Assembly: GCA_964469215.1 (NCBI GenBank)
Contig: CAYXYB010000012.1
Location: 17,526-81,525 of the forward strand
Source of the DNA: an uncultured Lentimicrobiaceae bacterium
Lineage (GTDB): Bacteria; Bacteroidota; Bacteroidia; Bacteroidales; SKPS01
Direction of reading: 5' to 3'
Length of the DNA: 64,000 bases
Below, piece after piece: positions 38,288 through 48,800 of this stretch; the stretch's first letter is position 1; each line of letters begins with the position of its first letter. The translations under genes and the position numbers were made by a program. Below the pieces are notes generated by a model. That model saw only the letters and a list, made by a program, of their open reading frames with translations. It did not search any database and was not told where the DNA came from.

Positions 38288-40641
38288 AATGCAACCCCTC
38301 CTCTGATTTTATTTCTTCTTATCCGGCGATATGGATCCAGGTTGATTTCGATACGGTTTAAAGCCACAGTCAACAGCCAGGATAGCACAATATAGATCAC
38401 AGCAGCCATGATCAGCGGAAAAAACGCATCGAAAGTGCGGCTACGTATAATATCACTTGCTTTTGTCAGATCTTCCACAGCAATATATCCTACAACTGAG
38501 GTCATCTTCACAAGTGATATAAACTCACCTTTATAAACCGGCAGCACTCTTCTGATTGCCTGTGGCATTATTATCAGCCTGAAGGTTTGCAACCTTGTAA
38601 AACCGGAAGCAATTCCAGCTTCATGTTGACCCCGTGATATGCTTTCGATGGATGTCCTGAACATCTCAGAGACATAGGCGGCGAAGTTTATCCCGAAGGC
38701 AATCACCGCCACCAGCACCGGATTGATATGAACAGAGGCGAAGATGATATAGTAGATGATCATCAGGAGTACCAGAACGGGAGTCCCCCTTATCAGTCCG
38801 ATGAAGAATATGGAGGTACTCCTTAAGTATCTTCGTTGTGACATACGTCCTGCACAAACCAAACCACCAAGCAGTGTTCCGAGGATTGCAGCAAGGATAG
38901 CGATCACCAGGGTGACATAAATACCTCTGAGGATCATCAGGTATCTCTTTTCAAGGATGAGATTGCTGTAGAACCTTTGCCCTAGCTTTTGCCAGAAGGT
39001 TTCCTGATGATCGTTGGATACATCCTTTTCGGCAATGAAATTCCTGCTGTTGTCTTTACGGCCAAGTATTGTAGCCCCGGAGGCAAAATATGGATCTGAA
39101 AAATCTATCTGTAGGCTACGTTCCGGGGTGATCATCATAGAAGCAGCTATCATGTCTATTTTACCGGATATCAATGAAGGCAGCAGGCTGCCAAAGGGTA
39201 AATCGACCCATTCGACCTTGCGTCCAAGCCATGATGCGAAACGGCTGCTAAGCTCTATATCGAGTCCAAGCCACTGATCCTTACTCTTAGCCGTCATGGG
39301 CAATCCCAGGTCGCTCACAACGCCCACTCTGAGTGGATTGGAAGAGGGATCAAAAGGGAGTTGGGGTACAACGGCAATGGAATCTTCCACCCACCGCTTT
39401 ATCATGTCATCATAGATGCCATTGCTGCGGATCTCCCGGACAAAACTATTGAACCTGCCCCGCAGATCATCGGCATCAGGATGAAACCCAGCGGCAATAT
39501 CAACGACGAAAAGGTTAGCTTCAAGAACGCCAAAATCCTGGTTCTGCTCCAGAATGACTCTCACAGAGCTGTGATCTGTAAACGCCCCGTCGATTTTTCT
39601 ACTGCTTAGCGCCATTAACATGTCCGTTACCGTATTGTAAGAGTGGATGTTAGCATCTGGATATGTCTTTGCTGCATACCCCTCATGAATCGACCCCATC
39701 AACACCCCAAGATTTTTATATTTAATCCCTGATTTATCCTTTGTCTTTATACCCTGACCCGAACCACTCTCTGCTGATGGCCCCCGCACCAGGGCAGCAA
39801 TACCACTCTCAAAGTAACTCCCGGTAAAGAGCACACTCTTTGCCCTCTCTTCGGTGATGGAGAGGCCTGCTCCGATCATCTGCAACTTGCCGGCAATGAG
39901 TGCCGGAAGCAGGGCACCAAATTCCATATTGACAACCTCGAGCCTCCGGTTGAGCTTCTTAGCAATGCGTTGTGCAAGTTCAATGTCAAATCCCACAACA
40001 CCGTGCGAGCTGTCGATGTATGACATGGGTTCAGTAACTGCTGCCGTACCGAAGATCAACACCTCTTCTGCCTCCTGCTCATCCTGAATCTCCGGCATAG
40101 GCCCGGGATCACCCTGTTCAGGAAACCACCTCGAAAGCATCTGATCATATATGCCATTCATCCTGATCTCATTTAACACTGCATCAGCAACTTGCTTCAG
40201 CAGAGTATCCTCCATGGCAACAGCAAATCCATACTGGTCAGGAAACAACACCTCTTCAAGAACTATCAGCCCTTTGTTCTTCGCAGCAATGTTCTTCAAA
40301 ACAGGCTTATCGTAAACGGCGGCATCCGCTTTCTTGTTTTTTACGGCCAGTGCACAATCATAGATGGTGTTGTAATAGGTTACCCGGGCATCCGGAAACT
40401 TTTCCAGCACAGATTGGTCAGCAACCGTTCCTGTTGGAACAGCAAAGACATTCCCTCCGGCAAGATCCTCAAGGGTGTTTATCTCCTTTGTGTGACGCTG
40501 ACATGCAGTAAATATCAATAGCCCTGAGATGATCAATCCTGGAACCAGAATCCGGGATCTCCCGATTGCCTTAGGTGAAATATTTAAAAGGCCGGTAATC
40601 CAAGTTTTAAAAACCTTCAAGATTAGTTTAAATAGTATCAT
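38284..40641 (-). CDS. fused substrate-binding domains plus amino-acid ABC permease
   Basis: 785 aa with an N-terminal signal anchor and possible lipobox (IFTAC). About 500 aa of SBP_bac_3-like sequence is followed by a C-terminal His/Glu/Gln/Arg-type permease domain ([37 protein letters not shown]). It overlaps the ATPase gene by 4 nt. Confidence 0.8.
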   Translation of the reverse strand: MILFKLILKVFKTWITGLLNISPKAIGRSRILVPGLIISGLLIFTACQRHTKEINTLEDLAGGNVFAVPTGTVADQSVLEKFPDARVTYYNTIYDCALAVKNKKADAAVYDKPVLKNIAAKNKGLIVLEEVLFPDQYGFAVAMEDTLLKQVADAVLNEIRMNGIYDQMLSRWFPEQGDPGPMPEIQDEQEAEEVLIFGTAAVTEPMSYIDSSHGVVGFDIELAQRIAKKLNRRLEVVNMEFGALLPALIAGKLQMIGAGLSITEERAKSVLFTGSYFESGIAALVRGPSAESGSGQGIKTKDKSGIKYKNLGVLMGSIHEGYAAKTYPDANIHSYNTVTDMLMALSSRKIDGAFTDHSSVRVILEQNQDFGVLEANLFVVDIAAGFHPDADDLRGRFNSFVREIRSNGIYDDMIKRWVEDSIAVVPQLPFDPSSNPLRVGVVSDLGLPMTAKSKDQWLGLDIELSSRFASWLGRKVEWVDLPFGSLLPSLISGKIDMIAASMMITPERSLQIDFSDPYFASGATILGRKDNSRNFIAEKDVSNDHQETFWQKLGQRFYSNLILEKRYLMILRGIYVTLVIAILAAILGTLLGGLVCAGRMSQRRYLRSTSIFFIGLIRGTPVLVLLMIIYYIIFASVHINPVLVAVIAFGINFAAYVSEMFRTSIESISRGQHEAGIASGFTRLQTFRLIIMPQAIRRVLPVYKGEFISLVKMTSVVGYIAVEDLTKASDIIRSRTFDAFFPLIMAAVIYIVLSWLLTVALNRIEINLDPYRRIRRNKIRGGVAL

Positions 40642-40860
40642 ATTGAATCAATGGTAATTAAATGATTATAGTTTATAATGACACAACGAATTCCCAAATT
40701 GGTGCTCCGCTTTTAAACCCTTCTGCATGACCGAAAATTAAATTCATTTTAATGCCCGGCAACTCACGGATGAAGTAAGAAGAAGACATGGTTTTTATAT
40801 GATAGGGTGTTTTTTTGATGCCCCTGTACATTCATATTTTTCAACTCCAAAGATATTGTT

Positions 40861-40901
40861 TTATAGTTATGAGTTATGAATTATGAGTTATGAATTATGA
40901 G
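40861..40901. repeat. short tandem repeat (7/14-bp unit TTATGAGTTATGAA)
   Basis: The sequence reads ttatagttatgagttatgaattatgagttatgaattatgagg. Confidence 0.7.
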
Positions 40902-41042
40902 GGGAATGAAGTTGTGGATAGTGAAAAATGGAGTACATCTTATTTTACTTTAAGGCAGGAAAGTAAAACAACGAAGTTTCTGTTTTTGTGCCGGATTAAT
41001 ATGAATAAGCCTGTTAATCAAATAATTAACAGGCTTATCACG

Positions 41043-41114
41043 TAGCTCCACCAGGAATCGAACCTGGATCTATGGTTTAGGAAACCACCATTCTATCCGT
41101 TGAACTATGGAGCC
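41043..41114 (-). tRNA. tRNA-Arg (anticodon CCT)
   Basis: The reverse complement is GGCTCCATAGTTCAACGGATAGAATGGTGGTTTCCTAAACCATAGATCCAGGTTCGATTCCTGGTGGAGCTA. It folds by hand into a 72-nt cloverleaf with a 7-bp acceptor stem, a D-arm, the anticodon loop TTCCTAA and the T-arm CCAGG-TTCGATT-CCTGG. No CCA is encoded. Confidence 0.8.
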
Positions 41115-41448
41115 AATTGTGGGAACAAAAGTAAATCCTTTTTTCGCTTTATGCAACTCCTATCTTCTGACAATGTTTAAAACAGCTATATAATCAGTCA
41201 TTTACAATTAATTTTGACCTCTATTAATAATCAGGCCAGCTCAATGAGAAACACATCAGGATAAAGGTTCTTTACTTCACCGAAAATAGTTGCCACGAAT
41301 GCTACTAATGAATTTTTGTCGGAAACATTATTCTTCATTAATGGTCTGAATTATCACATTTGTGAGTTGAATCTACCATTTGCAGGATATCAATCAAAAT
41401 TTGATAAATTGCCATTAACATTTTAACTTTGACCCTTCTTTTAAAAAT

Positions 41449-43665
41449 ATGGAAGGTCAAAGGAGATTAGGTACTGCACCGGTTTTTTTCACAGCAATAT
41501 CAACCATACTTGGGGCGATACTGTTTCTTCGTTTTGGTTTTGCTATTGGAACGCTTGGCTTCTGGGGAGTTATTCTTATAATTATCCTCGGACATCTGGT
41601 TACAATACCCACTGCTCTTGCCATTTCTGAAATAGCCACAAACAAAAAGGTGGAAGGGGGTGGTGAGTATTTTATCGTTTCACGATCATTCGGGTTGAAC
41701 ATCGGGGCGACAATCGGGATAGCCCTGTTTTTATCTCAGGCAATAAGTGTTGCATTCTATGTTATTGCTTTTACCGAGGCCTTTGAGTTCTTTTTCAACT
41801 ATATGAGGGAGCAGTACTCACTGTATGTTCCGCGGCAGGTTGTGAGTCTGCCGGTGATGTTTTTCCTTGCAGTTTTAATTATTGCCAAAGGGGCAAACCT
41901 TGGTGTAAAGGCACTATACTTTATTTGTGCGATACTCTTTTTCTCCCTTATAATGTTCTTTTTGGGTGAGACCGGGCATGCAACAACATCAGGATTTAGT
42001 CTTGCAAATGCAGAATTCCGGAACATGAAAGATTTCTTCGTTGTGTTTGCGATTGTTTTCCCTGCATTTACCGGGATGACTGCAGGGGTTGGGCTTTCGG
42101 GCGACCTTAAGAGGCCTTCACGATCGATACCGATAGGAACTATTCTGGCTACTTTTACCGGTTTGATAATTTATGTATTTGTTGTTTATAAACTTGCTCA
42201 ATCGGCATCTTCAGCAGATTTGCTTGAAAATCAGCTTATCATGGCAAAGATTGCTCTCGGAGGAGCAATAGTTATTCCTCTGGGGCTTGCCGCATCTACC
42301 TTCTCATCTGCACTTGGATCAGTATTGGTTGCACCAAGGACACTACAGGCACTTGCCATGGATCAGTCATTCCCATCCGGAAGGTTGAACCGTTGGCTTG
42401 CCAGGGGCACATCAAAAAACAATGAACCCCGACACGCCTCACTTTTCACAGCATTAATTGCATTTGTCTTTGTTGCTATTGGTGATATTAATGCTGTTGC
42501 ATCAATAATATCGATGTTCTTTATGGTAACTTATGGTTCACTATGCCTTATTTCATTTCTGAACCATTTCGGAGCATCACCTTCATACCGCCCCTCATTC
42601 AGATCCAAATGGTATATATCTCTTGCCGGGTTTCTTGTGTCGTTATGGGTTATGTTTAAGATAAGCACACCTTATGCAATCCTGGCTATTGTAATAATGA
42701 CACTGATATATCTATACATTAGCCATTATCACCGTGACCGTGCTGGCTTTGCCTCATTATTTTCAAATGCTCTATTCCAGCTTAACCGCAACCTGCAGAT
42801 ACTCCTTCAACATAAAAAACTCAAAAATATTGATAAAGAATGGCGACCCAGTGCAATATGCATTTCTAAAGACTCCTTTGAACGCGACACCGCATTCAGG
42901 CTATTAAACTGGATATCATATCGTTATGGCTTTGGGACATATCTCCACCGCATTGACGGATACTTCTCAAAATCAACTTCTCAGTTGGCCAAAGAAGAGC
43001 TTCACAAACTAATTGATAAATATGGTAAAATCAAAAACCATGTTTATATTGATACGTTGATTTCGCCTTCATACACTTCGGCAATTGCACAGGCTATACA
43101 GATTCCCGGCATCGCAGGTATGGAAAATAATATGGTGATCTTTGAATTCATAAAAAACAAACCCGGTAACCTTCCAGGCATTATTGACAATTTTGCTCTG
43201 GTAAGTTCGGGTGATTTTGATATATGTATACTTTCAAGCGGCGAAAAGCCCATAGTCTATAAAAACGGAATACATGTGTGGATAGACACTCTGGATACGG
43301 AGAACGCAAACCTGATGATTTTGCTGAGTTACATTATAATTGGCCATCCCGACTGGAAACGACGGGGCATCAGGATTTTTGTAATATGCAAACCCGACAG
43401 GATTGAGGAAACGGAAGCCGCAGTGAATGATCTGCTGCGTTCAGGCCGGTTACCAATCACCAGGAATAATATTGAAATCATCATACAATCTCATGATGTC
43501 TCTTCGCGGTCACTTATCAATGAGCGCTCAAAAGATGCCGGTCTGACACTTATTGGTATCAGAAAAGAGTCGCTGGCTCACAATAAAGAGAAATTTTTTG
43601 AAGGGTATGATGATCTGGGAACAATTCTTTTTGTGCACTCCAAAAATCAAAAGGAGCTATCATAA
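41449..43665 (+). CDS. APC-superfamily permease with SLC12 (cation-chloride cotransporter)-like C-terminal domain
   Basis: 738 aa. The N-terminal ~460 aa have about 12 TM helices of amino-acid-permease type, and a large soluble C-terminal domain follows. Confidence 0.7.
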   Translation: MEGQRRLGTAPVFFTAISTILGAILFLRFGFAIGTLGFWGVILIIILGHLVTIPTALAISEIATNKKVEGGGEYFIVSRSFGLNIGATIGIALFLSQAISVAFYVIAFTEAFEFFFNYMREQYSLYVPRQVVSLPVMFFLAVLIIAKGANLGVKALYFICAILFFSLIMFFLGETGHATTSGFSLANAEFRNMKDFFVVFAIVFPAFTGMTAGVGLSGDLKRPSRSIPIGTILATFTGLIIYVFVVYKLAQSASSADLLENQLIMAKIALGGAIVIPLGLAASTFSSALGSVLVAPRTLQALAMDQSFPSGRLNRWLARGTSKNNEPRHASLFTALIAFVFVAIGDINAVASIISMFFMVTYGSLCLISFLNHFGASPSYRPSFRSKWYISLAGFLVSLWVMFKISTPYAILAIVIMTLIYLYISHYHRDRAGFASLFSNALFQLNRNLQILLQHKKLKNIDKEWRPSAICISKDSFERDTAFRLLNWISYRYGFGTYLHRIDGYFSKSTSQLAKEELHKLIDKYGKIKNHVYIDTLISPSYTSAIAQAIQIPGIAGMENNMVIFEFIKNKPGNLPGIIDNFALVSSGDFDICILSSGEKPIVYKNGIHVWIDTLDTENANLMILLSYIIIGHPDWKRRGIRIFVICKPDRIEETEAAVNDLLRSGRLPITRNNIEIIIQSHDVSSRSLINERSKDAGLTLIGIRKESLAHNKEKFFEGYDDLGTILFVHSKNQKELS

Positions 43666-43702
43666 GGTTGTGTTTATTAACTTTGACCCAAAATATATAC
43701 TG

Positions 43703-45757
43703 ATGAAAACATTAAGAACATTCCGGGCACTGGTGTTTATATGCCCTTTAATTTTTATGGGAGGAGTAGCTATGAGTCAGAGAGCAGGAGTATCAGGTTA
43801 TATCCCCAACGCTGACATCGAAGAGATTATAGATGATCTTGTAACAAGGCATGGTGGAACTGACAGGAGCAGGATAGAGCGGGGTGTGAGGCAGGCAGCG
43901 GGCTTATGGCGGGAATCAGATGGCACTGCGGATGAATTTGAATCTTTCTGCAAAGAAAAGTTCATAGGCAACGAAGAGGCCAGGAAGATCCTTTTCGGTA
44001 AGCTGCTCGTAAACTTTGAAATCTTAAGTGGTAATATGCTCCGGGTAAAAAAGGATCTGATGCGGCCACTCCATCTCGACATGGGACCGATAGAGCCTGT
44101 TGACCTGATGTTTGGCAGCTATGAACCGGGGGCACATCTTCATGATGATTTTTATGAAAACAAAATCGCCTTTCTGGTGATACTGAACTTCCCGTTTTAC
44201 AATCTGGAGGAGAAGAAGGAATTTGGGTCCGGCTGGTCACGCCTTGAATGGGCTTATGTAAGGGTTGGCGACTATTATACATCAAGGCTGCCTGCGCACC
44301 TGCTGCAGAAGTCTTCAGCAGCAGGTACCGAAGCAGATAACTACATTGCAGAATATAACATCTACATGGGCAACCTGTTGAACAGGCAGGGGAAGACACT
44401 GTTCCCGGCTGAGCTGAGGCTAATAACACATTGGGGGCTAAGGGATGAGCTGAAATCAAATTACGCTGATAAAAACGGCCTCGAAAAACAGCAGATGATT
44501 TATACTGTGATGAAAAGAATCATCGACCAGAGCATACCGGAGGAGGTTATTAATAAAGAAACATACAAATGGAATCCATTTGACAACAAATTAATTCATG
44601 AGGGGAAGGAGGTTTCTTTCAAACCTGAACCTGACAAAAGATACGAATATCTGCTTAAAAACTTCAGGGCTAATCTTGAAAACGACCCTTATTATCCCGG
44701 TTATCCGACATTTATCAGGAGGCAGTTTGAGGCCGACATGGAGATCCCCATGGAAGAGGTAAGGGCTCTCTTTATCAGTTTCATCTCCAGCCCGCAGGTT
44801 AAGGAGGTTGCAGCTCTTGTCAGCAAACGTCTCGGAAGAAATCTGGAACCATTCGATATATGGTACAATGGTTTCAAAGCGAGAGGTAAATATACGGAGG
44901 AGGAACTCGACAGGATTGTCAGTGCAAAATATCCAAACGTGGAGGCTTTCCAGCGCGACCTTGAGCCTATGTTGATAAAGCTTGGCTTCAGCAGTGAAAA
45001 AGCCTCTTTCCTAGCATCACAAATTCTTGTTGAGGGTTCACGCGGTGCAGGGCATGCATACGGTTCAACGATCCGTGACGATAAGGTTCTTTTACGTACC
45101 CGTATCGGAGCCGGCGGGATGAACTACAAGGGATACAATATTGCAGTACATGAATTCGGGCATAATGTAGAGCAGGTTACCACTCTTCACAATGTTGATT
45201 ACTATTCCCTTAACAGGGTTCCTAACACTGCCTTCACCGAAGCTCTCGCCTTCATATTTCAGAAACGTGACCTCGAGCTCCTTGGCCTCACCAAGGAGGA
45301 TCCCATAAAGGAACACCTGGCAGCCCTGGAAGCTTTCTGGTCGTGCTATGAAATAATGGGTGTTTCTCTGGTCGACATGAAGGTATGGGAATGGATGTAT
45401 GCCAATCCCAATGCCACCCCGGCGGAGCTGAAAAATACTGTAATTGAAGTTGCAAAAGAGATATGGAACACATATTATGCTCCTGTATTCGGTAAACGTG
45501 ATGAGCCGATACTGGCTGTTTATTCTCACATGATAAGCAGCCCATTGTACCTCTCAAACTATCCCCTTGGACATGTAATTGATTTCCAGATAGAGCAATA
45601 TATCAAAGAAAAGAATTTTGCTAACGAGGTTCAGCGTATGTTTCAGCTTGGCTGCCTGATACCCCAGGAGTGGATGAAGCAGGCTGTAGGCTCGGAGATT
45701 TCTGTTCAGCCATTGCTTGAAGCCACCTCAAGTGCATTGAAAGTGGTCAGAAAATGA
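43703..45757 (+). CDS. secreted gluzincin-like metallopeptidase-motif protein
   Basis: The start is set at ATG 43703 (MKTLRTFRALVFICPLIFMGGVAMSQ, a signal peptide). It has an HEFGH motif (IAVHEFGHNVE) with a downstream Glu in NTAFTEALAF. I do not recognise the family. Confidence 0.55.
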   Translation: MKTLRTFRALVFICPLIFMGGVAMSQRAGVSGYIPNADIEEIIDDLVTRHGGTDRSRIERGVRQAAGLWRESDGTADEFESFCKEKFIGNEEARKILFGKLLVNFEILSGNMLRVKKDLMRPLHLDMGPIEPVDLMFGSYEPGAHLHDDFYENKIAFLVILNFPFYNLEEKKEFGSGWSRLEWAYVRVGDYYTSRLPAHLLQKSSAAGTEADNYIAEYNIYMGNLLNRQGKTLFPAELRLITHWGLRDELKSNYADKNGLEKQQMIYTVMKRIIDQSIPEEVINKETYKWNPFDNKLIHEGKEVSFKPEPDKRYEYLLKNFRANLENDPYYPGYPTFIRRQFEADMEIPMEEVRALFISFISSPQVKEVAALVSKRLGRNLEPFDIWYNGFKARGKYTEEELDRIVSAKYPNVEAFQRDLEPMLIKLGFSSEKASFLASQILVEGSRGAGHAYGSTIRDDKVLLRTRIGAGGMNYKGYNIAVHEFGHNVEQVTTLHNVDYYSLNRVPNTAFTEALAFIFQKRDLELLGLTKEDPIKEHLAALEAFWSCYEIMGVSLVDMKVWEWMYANPNATPAELKNTVIEVAKEIWNTYYAPVFGKRDEPILAVYSHMISSPLYLSNYPLGHVIDFQIEQYIKEKNFANEVQRMFQLGCLIPQEWMKQAVGSEISVQPLLEATSSALKVVRK

Positions 45758-45825
45758 ATAGAGGTATAATGTAGGCCTAAAATATTATATTATTTATCAA
45801 AATTAAGTTTGATTTTGCTTTGAAT

Positions 45826-45861
45826 AAAAAAGCAACGAAGGATTCCTTCGCTGCTTTTTTA
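45826..45861. terminator. bidirectional intrinsic terminator between convergent genes
   Basis: AAAAAAGCAACGAAGGA-TTCCTTCGCTGCTTTTTT forms a GC-containing stem flanked by an A-run and a T-run. Confidence 0.7.
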
Positions 45862-45875
45862 TTAATCATTTCTAA

Positions 45876-48800
45876 TTACCTTATCATCACCTTATCGGTA
45901 ATTGTGCCTTGTTTAGTGATAAGCCTGATATAGTAAATCCCTGCAGCGAGGTTGCCAAGGTTGAATTCCCTGATGGTTTCGTTGCCGAGTATCAGGTTTT
46001 CGGTTTTCACCAGTTCACCTGTAGTTTTCATAATGTGCAGGGTAGCTTCACCCGAAATGCCTGAAATCTTCATACTGAAGGTTCCGCTGTTCGGGTTTGG
46101 CCAGATGTGAATGGTTCCGTTGCTTAACAACTCATCTATGCCGCTGCAGTCGATAACATGGATAGTAACCTGACCTGACCCTTCACAACCGATGTTGTCA
46201 GTAACAGATACTGAGAAGGTGCCCGAGTTGCCTGCTCCAATTGAAGCGCCAGTGATACTAAGTGTCTGGCTTGTGGAAGCATCGCTCCAGAGATAGGAGG
46301 CAAAGCCGCTTCCGGCATCGAGTACAACAGCACTGGTCTCGCAGATGGTATCTGCCGCTCCCGTGATTGAAACAACAGGTGCCGGTTGAACGGTGATTGT
46401 AACCTGTACATTGTCCGGGAAAAAGGTATTGGTATAGTCTGCAATGTTTATTATTGAAAATGTAGTTGTAGAAGTTGGAGTAACAGGAACTGCAAAGGTG
46501 GGTAAAGTAATTCCGGGAACCATTGTTGACGCTGTTCCATCCGAAACCTCCAGTGTCCATGGGGGTGTTCCGGTGAGGGCAACGAACAGGTTGATGGAGC
46601 TCCCTTCGCATATCGTGGTATCGGGAGTTAAAATAGTAACTGTTGGGATGATATTGGCTGTGATCGGTACACGTGGACCTTCACATCCGGGAAGTACTGC
46701 AGTGAATATTTCAATCTCCCTGAAATTGGGATTTGATAACTGGCTTCCTGAGAGCTCAAAGGATGTGATGCGGAATTTGGTAGTGGTTACTACCGGGAAG
46801 GTAACCTCATTTTCGCAGATTGTGATCGGAAGACCGGTAAAACTGCTGAGATATACCCATGCATTGTTTTGCCAGGTATATAATGCACCACCGCTCAGAA
46901 ACCTTGTTCCGGTTGCACCATGGTGTATCACCATCTTGTCGATTGTATAGGGGACTGTCCATTCAAAGTCAATGAAATCATTATGAGGTGTTGGCCCACC
47001 GGAGGTGCTTATCCACACCTGCTGAGTGCCGCAAGTACCATAATTAAGGTCGTTAAATGAACTGCAGGGGCCTGTGCTGCAGTTATTGGCATTGGCGGTA
47101 GCTAAAGGTGCAACGTTAATGCCTACCGACGTGATGGAAGACCCTGACACAGCAGATGCCCAATAGGTAGTTGAATCAGTCAATGGAGGAGTGACATAGG
47201 TGGGTGATGTAGCGAGAATTGTTGTGCTGGTATCTGAATCGTACCAGTTGACATCATAAGTGGTTGTTGCAACAAGTGTTGCCGGGGTGCCATAAGGCAC
47301 ATGGGCTGCAGTCAGCACCGGGGGTGCCGGGATATGCAATGAAACCACATCCAGGATCGCAGTATCGTTCACCAGAACATTGTCGTTCAGCAGATCAACC
47401 CAGGTTACTATGGTAAAGGTAGAATCGGCAACGGTAACAGAGAAATCTGCCGGGGTGTTGAAAACGAACAGGATGGTGTCGCCAACGGGTATGAGGGTGG
47501 TTACAGGTTGGGTAACAGAGGTCAGGCTTCCGGCCAGCTTATAGCCTGCTATAATGTTTCCATTGATTGGCATGATGCCCCGGTTGGCAATGAGTATCTT
47601 TATGGAATCCTGCCCCATACCACATCCATCAGTAACAGGCAATATTTCAACCATTTCTCCATCGTAAAGTGCCAGGGCATAATAATTGAAAAATGCAGAA
47701 TCATTGAAATTGTTTGTGTCACCGCTCAATATTGTATAAAAGGTGAGTTTTATCTGTCCCTGAGGTGAAGTAAATGATGGCAGTGCAAAGGAGGTATTTG
47801 TGCCGGGCAGAATATTCGGAGTGAAACTGGTTACCACCGGTGTACCATTATTTACTGAATAGGTTATTGACAGGCTGGTAATCGGAGAGGTGCCGTAGTT
47901 CTCAACCACAACGTTGACCGGAACAATGTCTCCCTCATTAATTGTTATTGCGGTTGTTGGTGAATTTATTGTTGTTACACCGGCATCAAACGGAATAATG
48001 TATATTTCATGTGCTCCGATAGTTGGGTATGTAGCTCTCGGCTTACCGTCAATGTCAGTTGTAACCTGGGTAAGGTTCGTGCCCTTACCTGAAAGTTGCA
48101 GCCCTTTAAGGCGCAAATTTTTAACTGATGTATGTGGAGGATTAAGGCTCACGGAATTTACATCTTTTCCACTGGCAGCCTGCAGGGAAGCAAGATCCGG
48201 TGTAAGGACTCCCCAGTAAGCAAGGTTGGAGGCAGAACTATAAAAATTATTGTAATTGCTGGTTGTTACAGAGGCAGTTGTTGCGAAATAGGCAGCATAT
48301 CCACCTACCCTGTTTGTCATGGTATTATTTATGAAAGTCTGTCCAAGGGTATTTGAAGTGGTGTTCCCCTGATACAAACAATACGATGAAGTGGAGCCTC
48401 CTTCCATAAGGAATGAGTTATGGTAGTATTCAGTCCCGTTGCTGTAATATGCATAAATACCGTAATTGGCTGCCGTTCCTCCGGTAATGCCAACCATATT
48501 ATTGGCTACAATACCATATCCTGTTGGTGATGCATTATATGAGTAATAGTTGCCATAGTAATCACGTATACCATAAGAGGCTGTGCTGGTAGTGCTGGTG
48601 ATATAAACTTCATTTCCGGTTACCCGGTATGCATTGTTTGGGTAATAGTTATATATTCCGTATGAATATGGACTTACACCATCATATATCCGGTTGTTCA
48701 GAATCTGAATCCCATCCTGATAATAGGCATAAATGGGGTAATAATAGGAATGGACAATGTCATTTCCTTCGATAATGGTTCCGGTTTCCCAAACTGTTGA

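Noticed and set aside
40861-40901. Short tandem repeats near the tRNA as a CRISPR array or minisatellite of interest
   Set aside because: The units are only 7/14 bp, with no spacers, about 40 bp in total, and no cas genes. It is simple low-complexity repetition.
40642-41114. tRNA-Arg as the attachment site of a genomic island
   Set aside because: No integrase, no direct repeat of the tRNA 3' end and no mobility genes lie nearby. The neighbouring genes are ordinary transporters.
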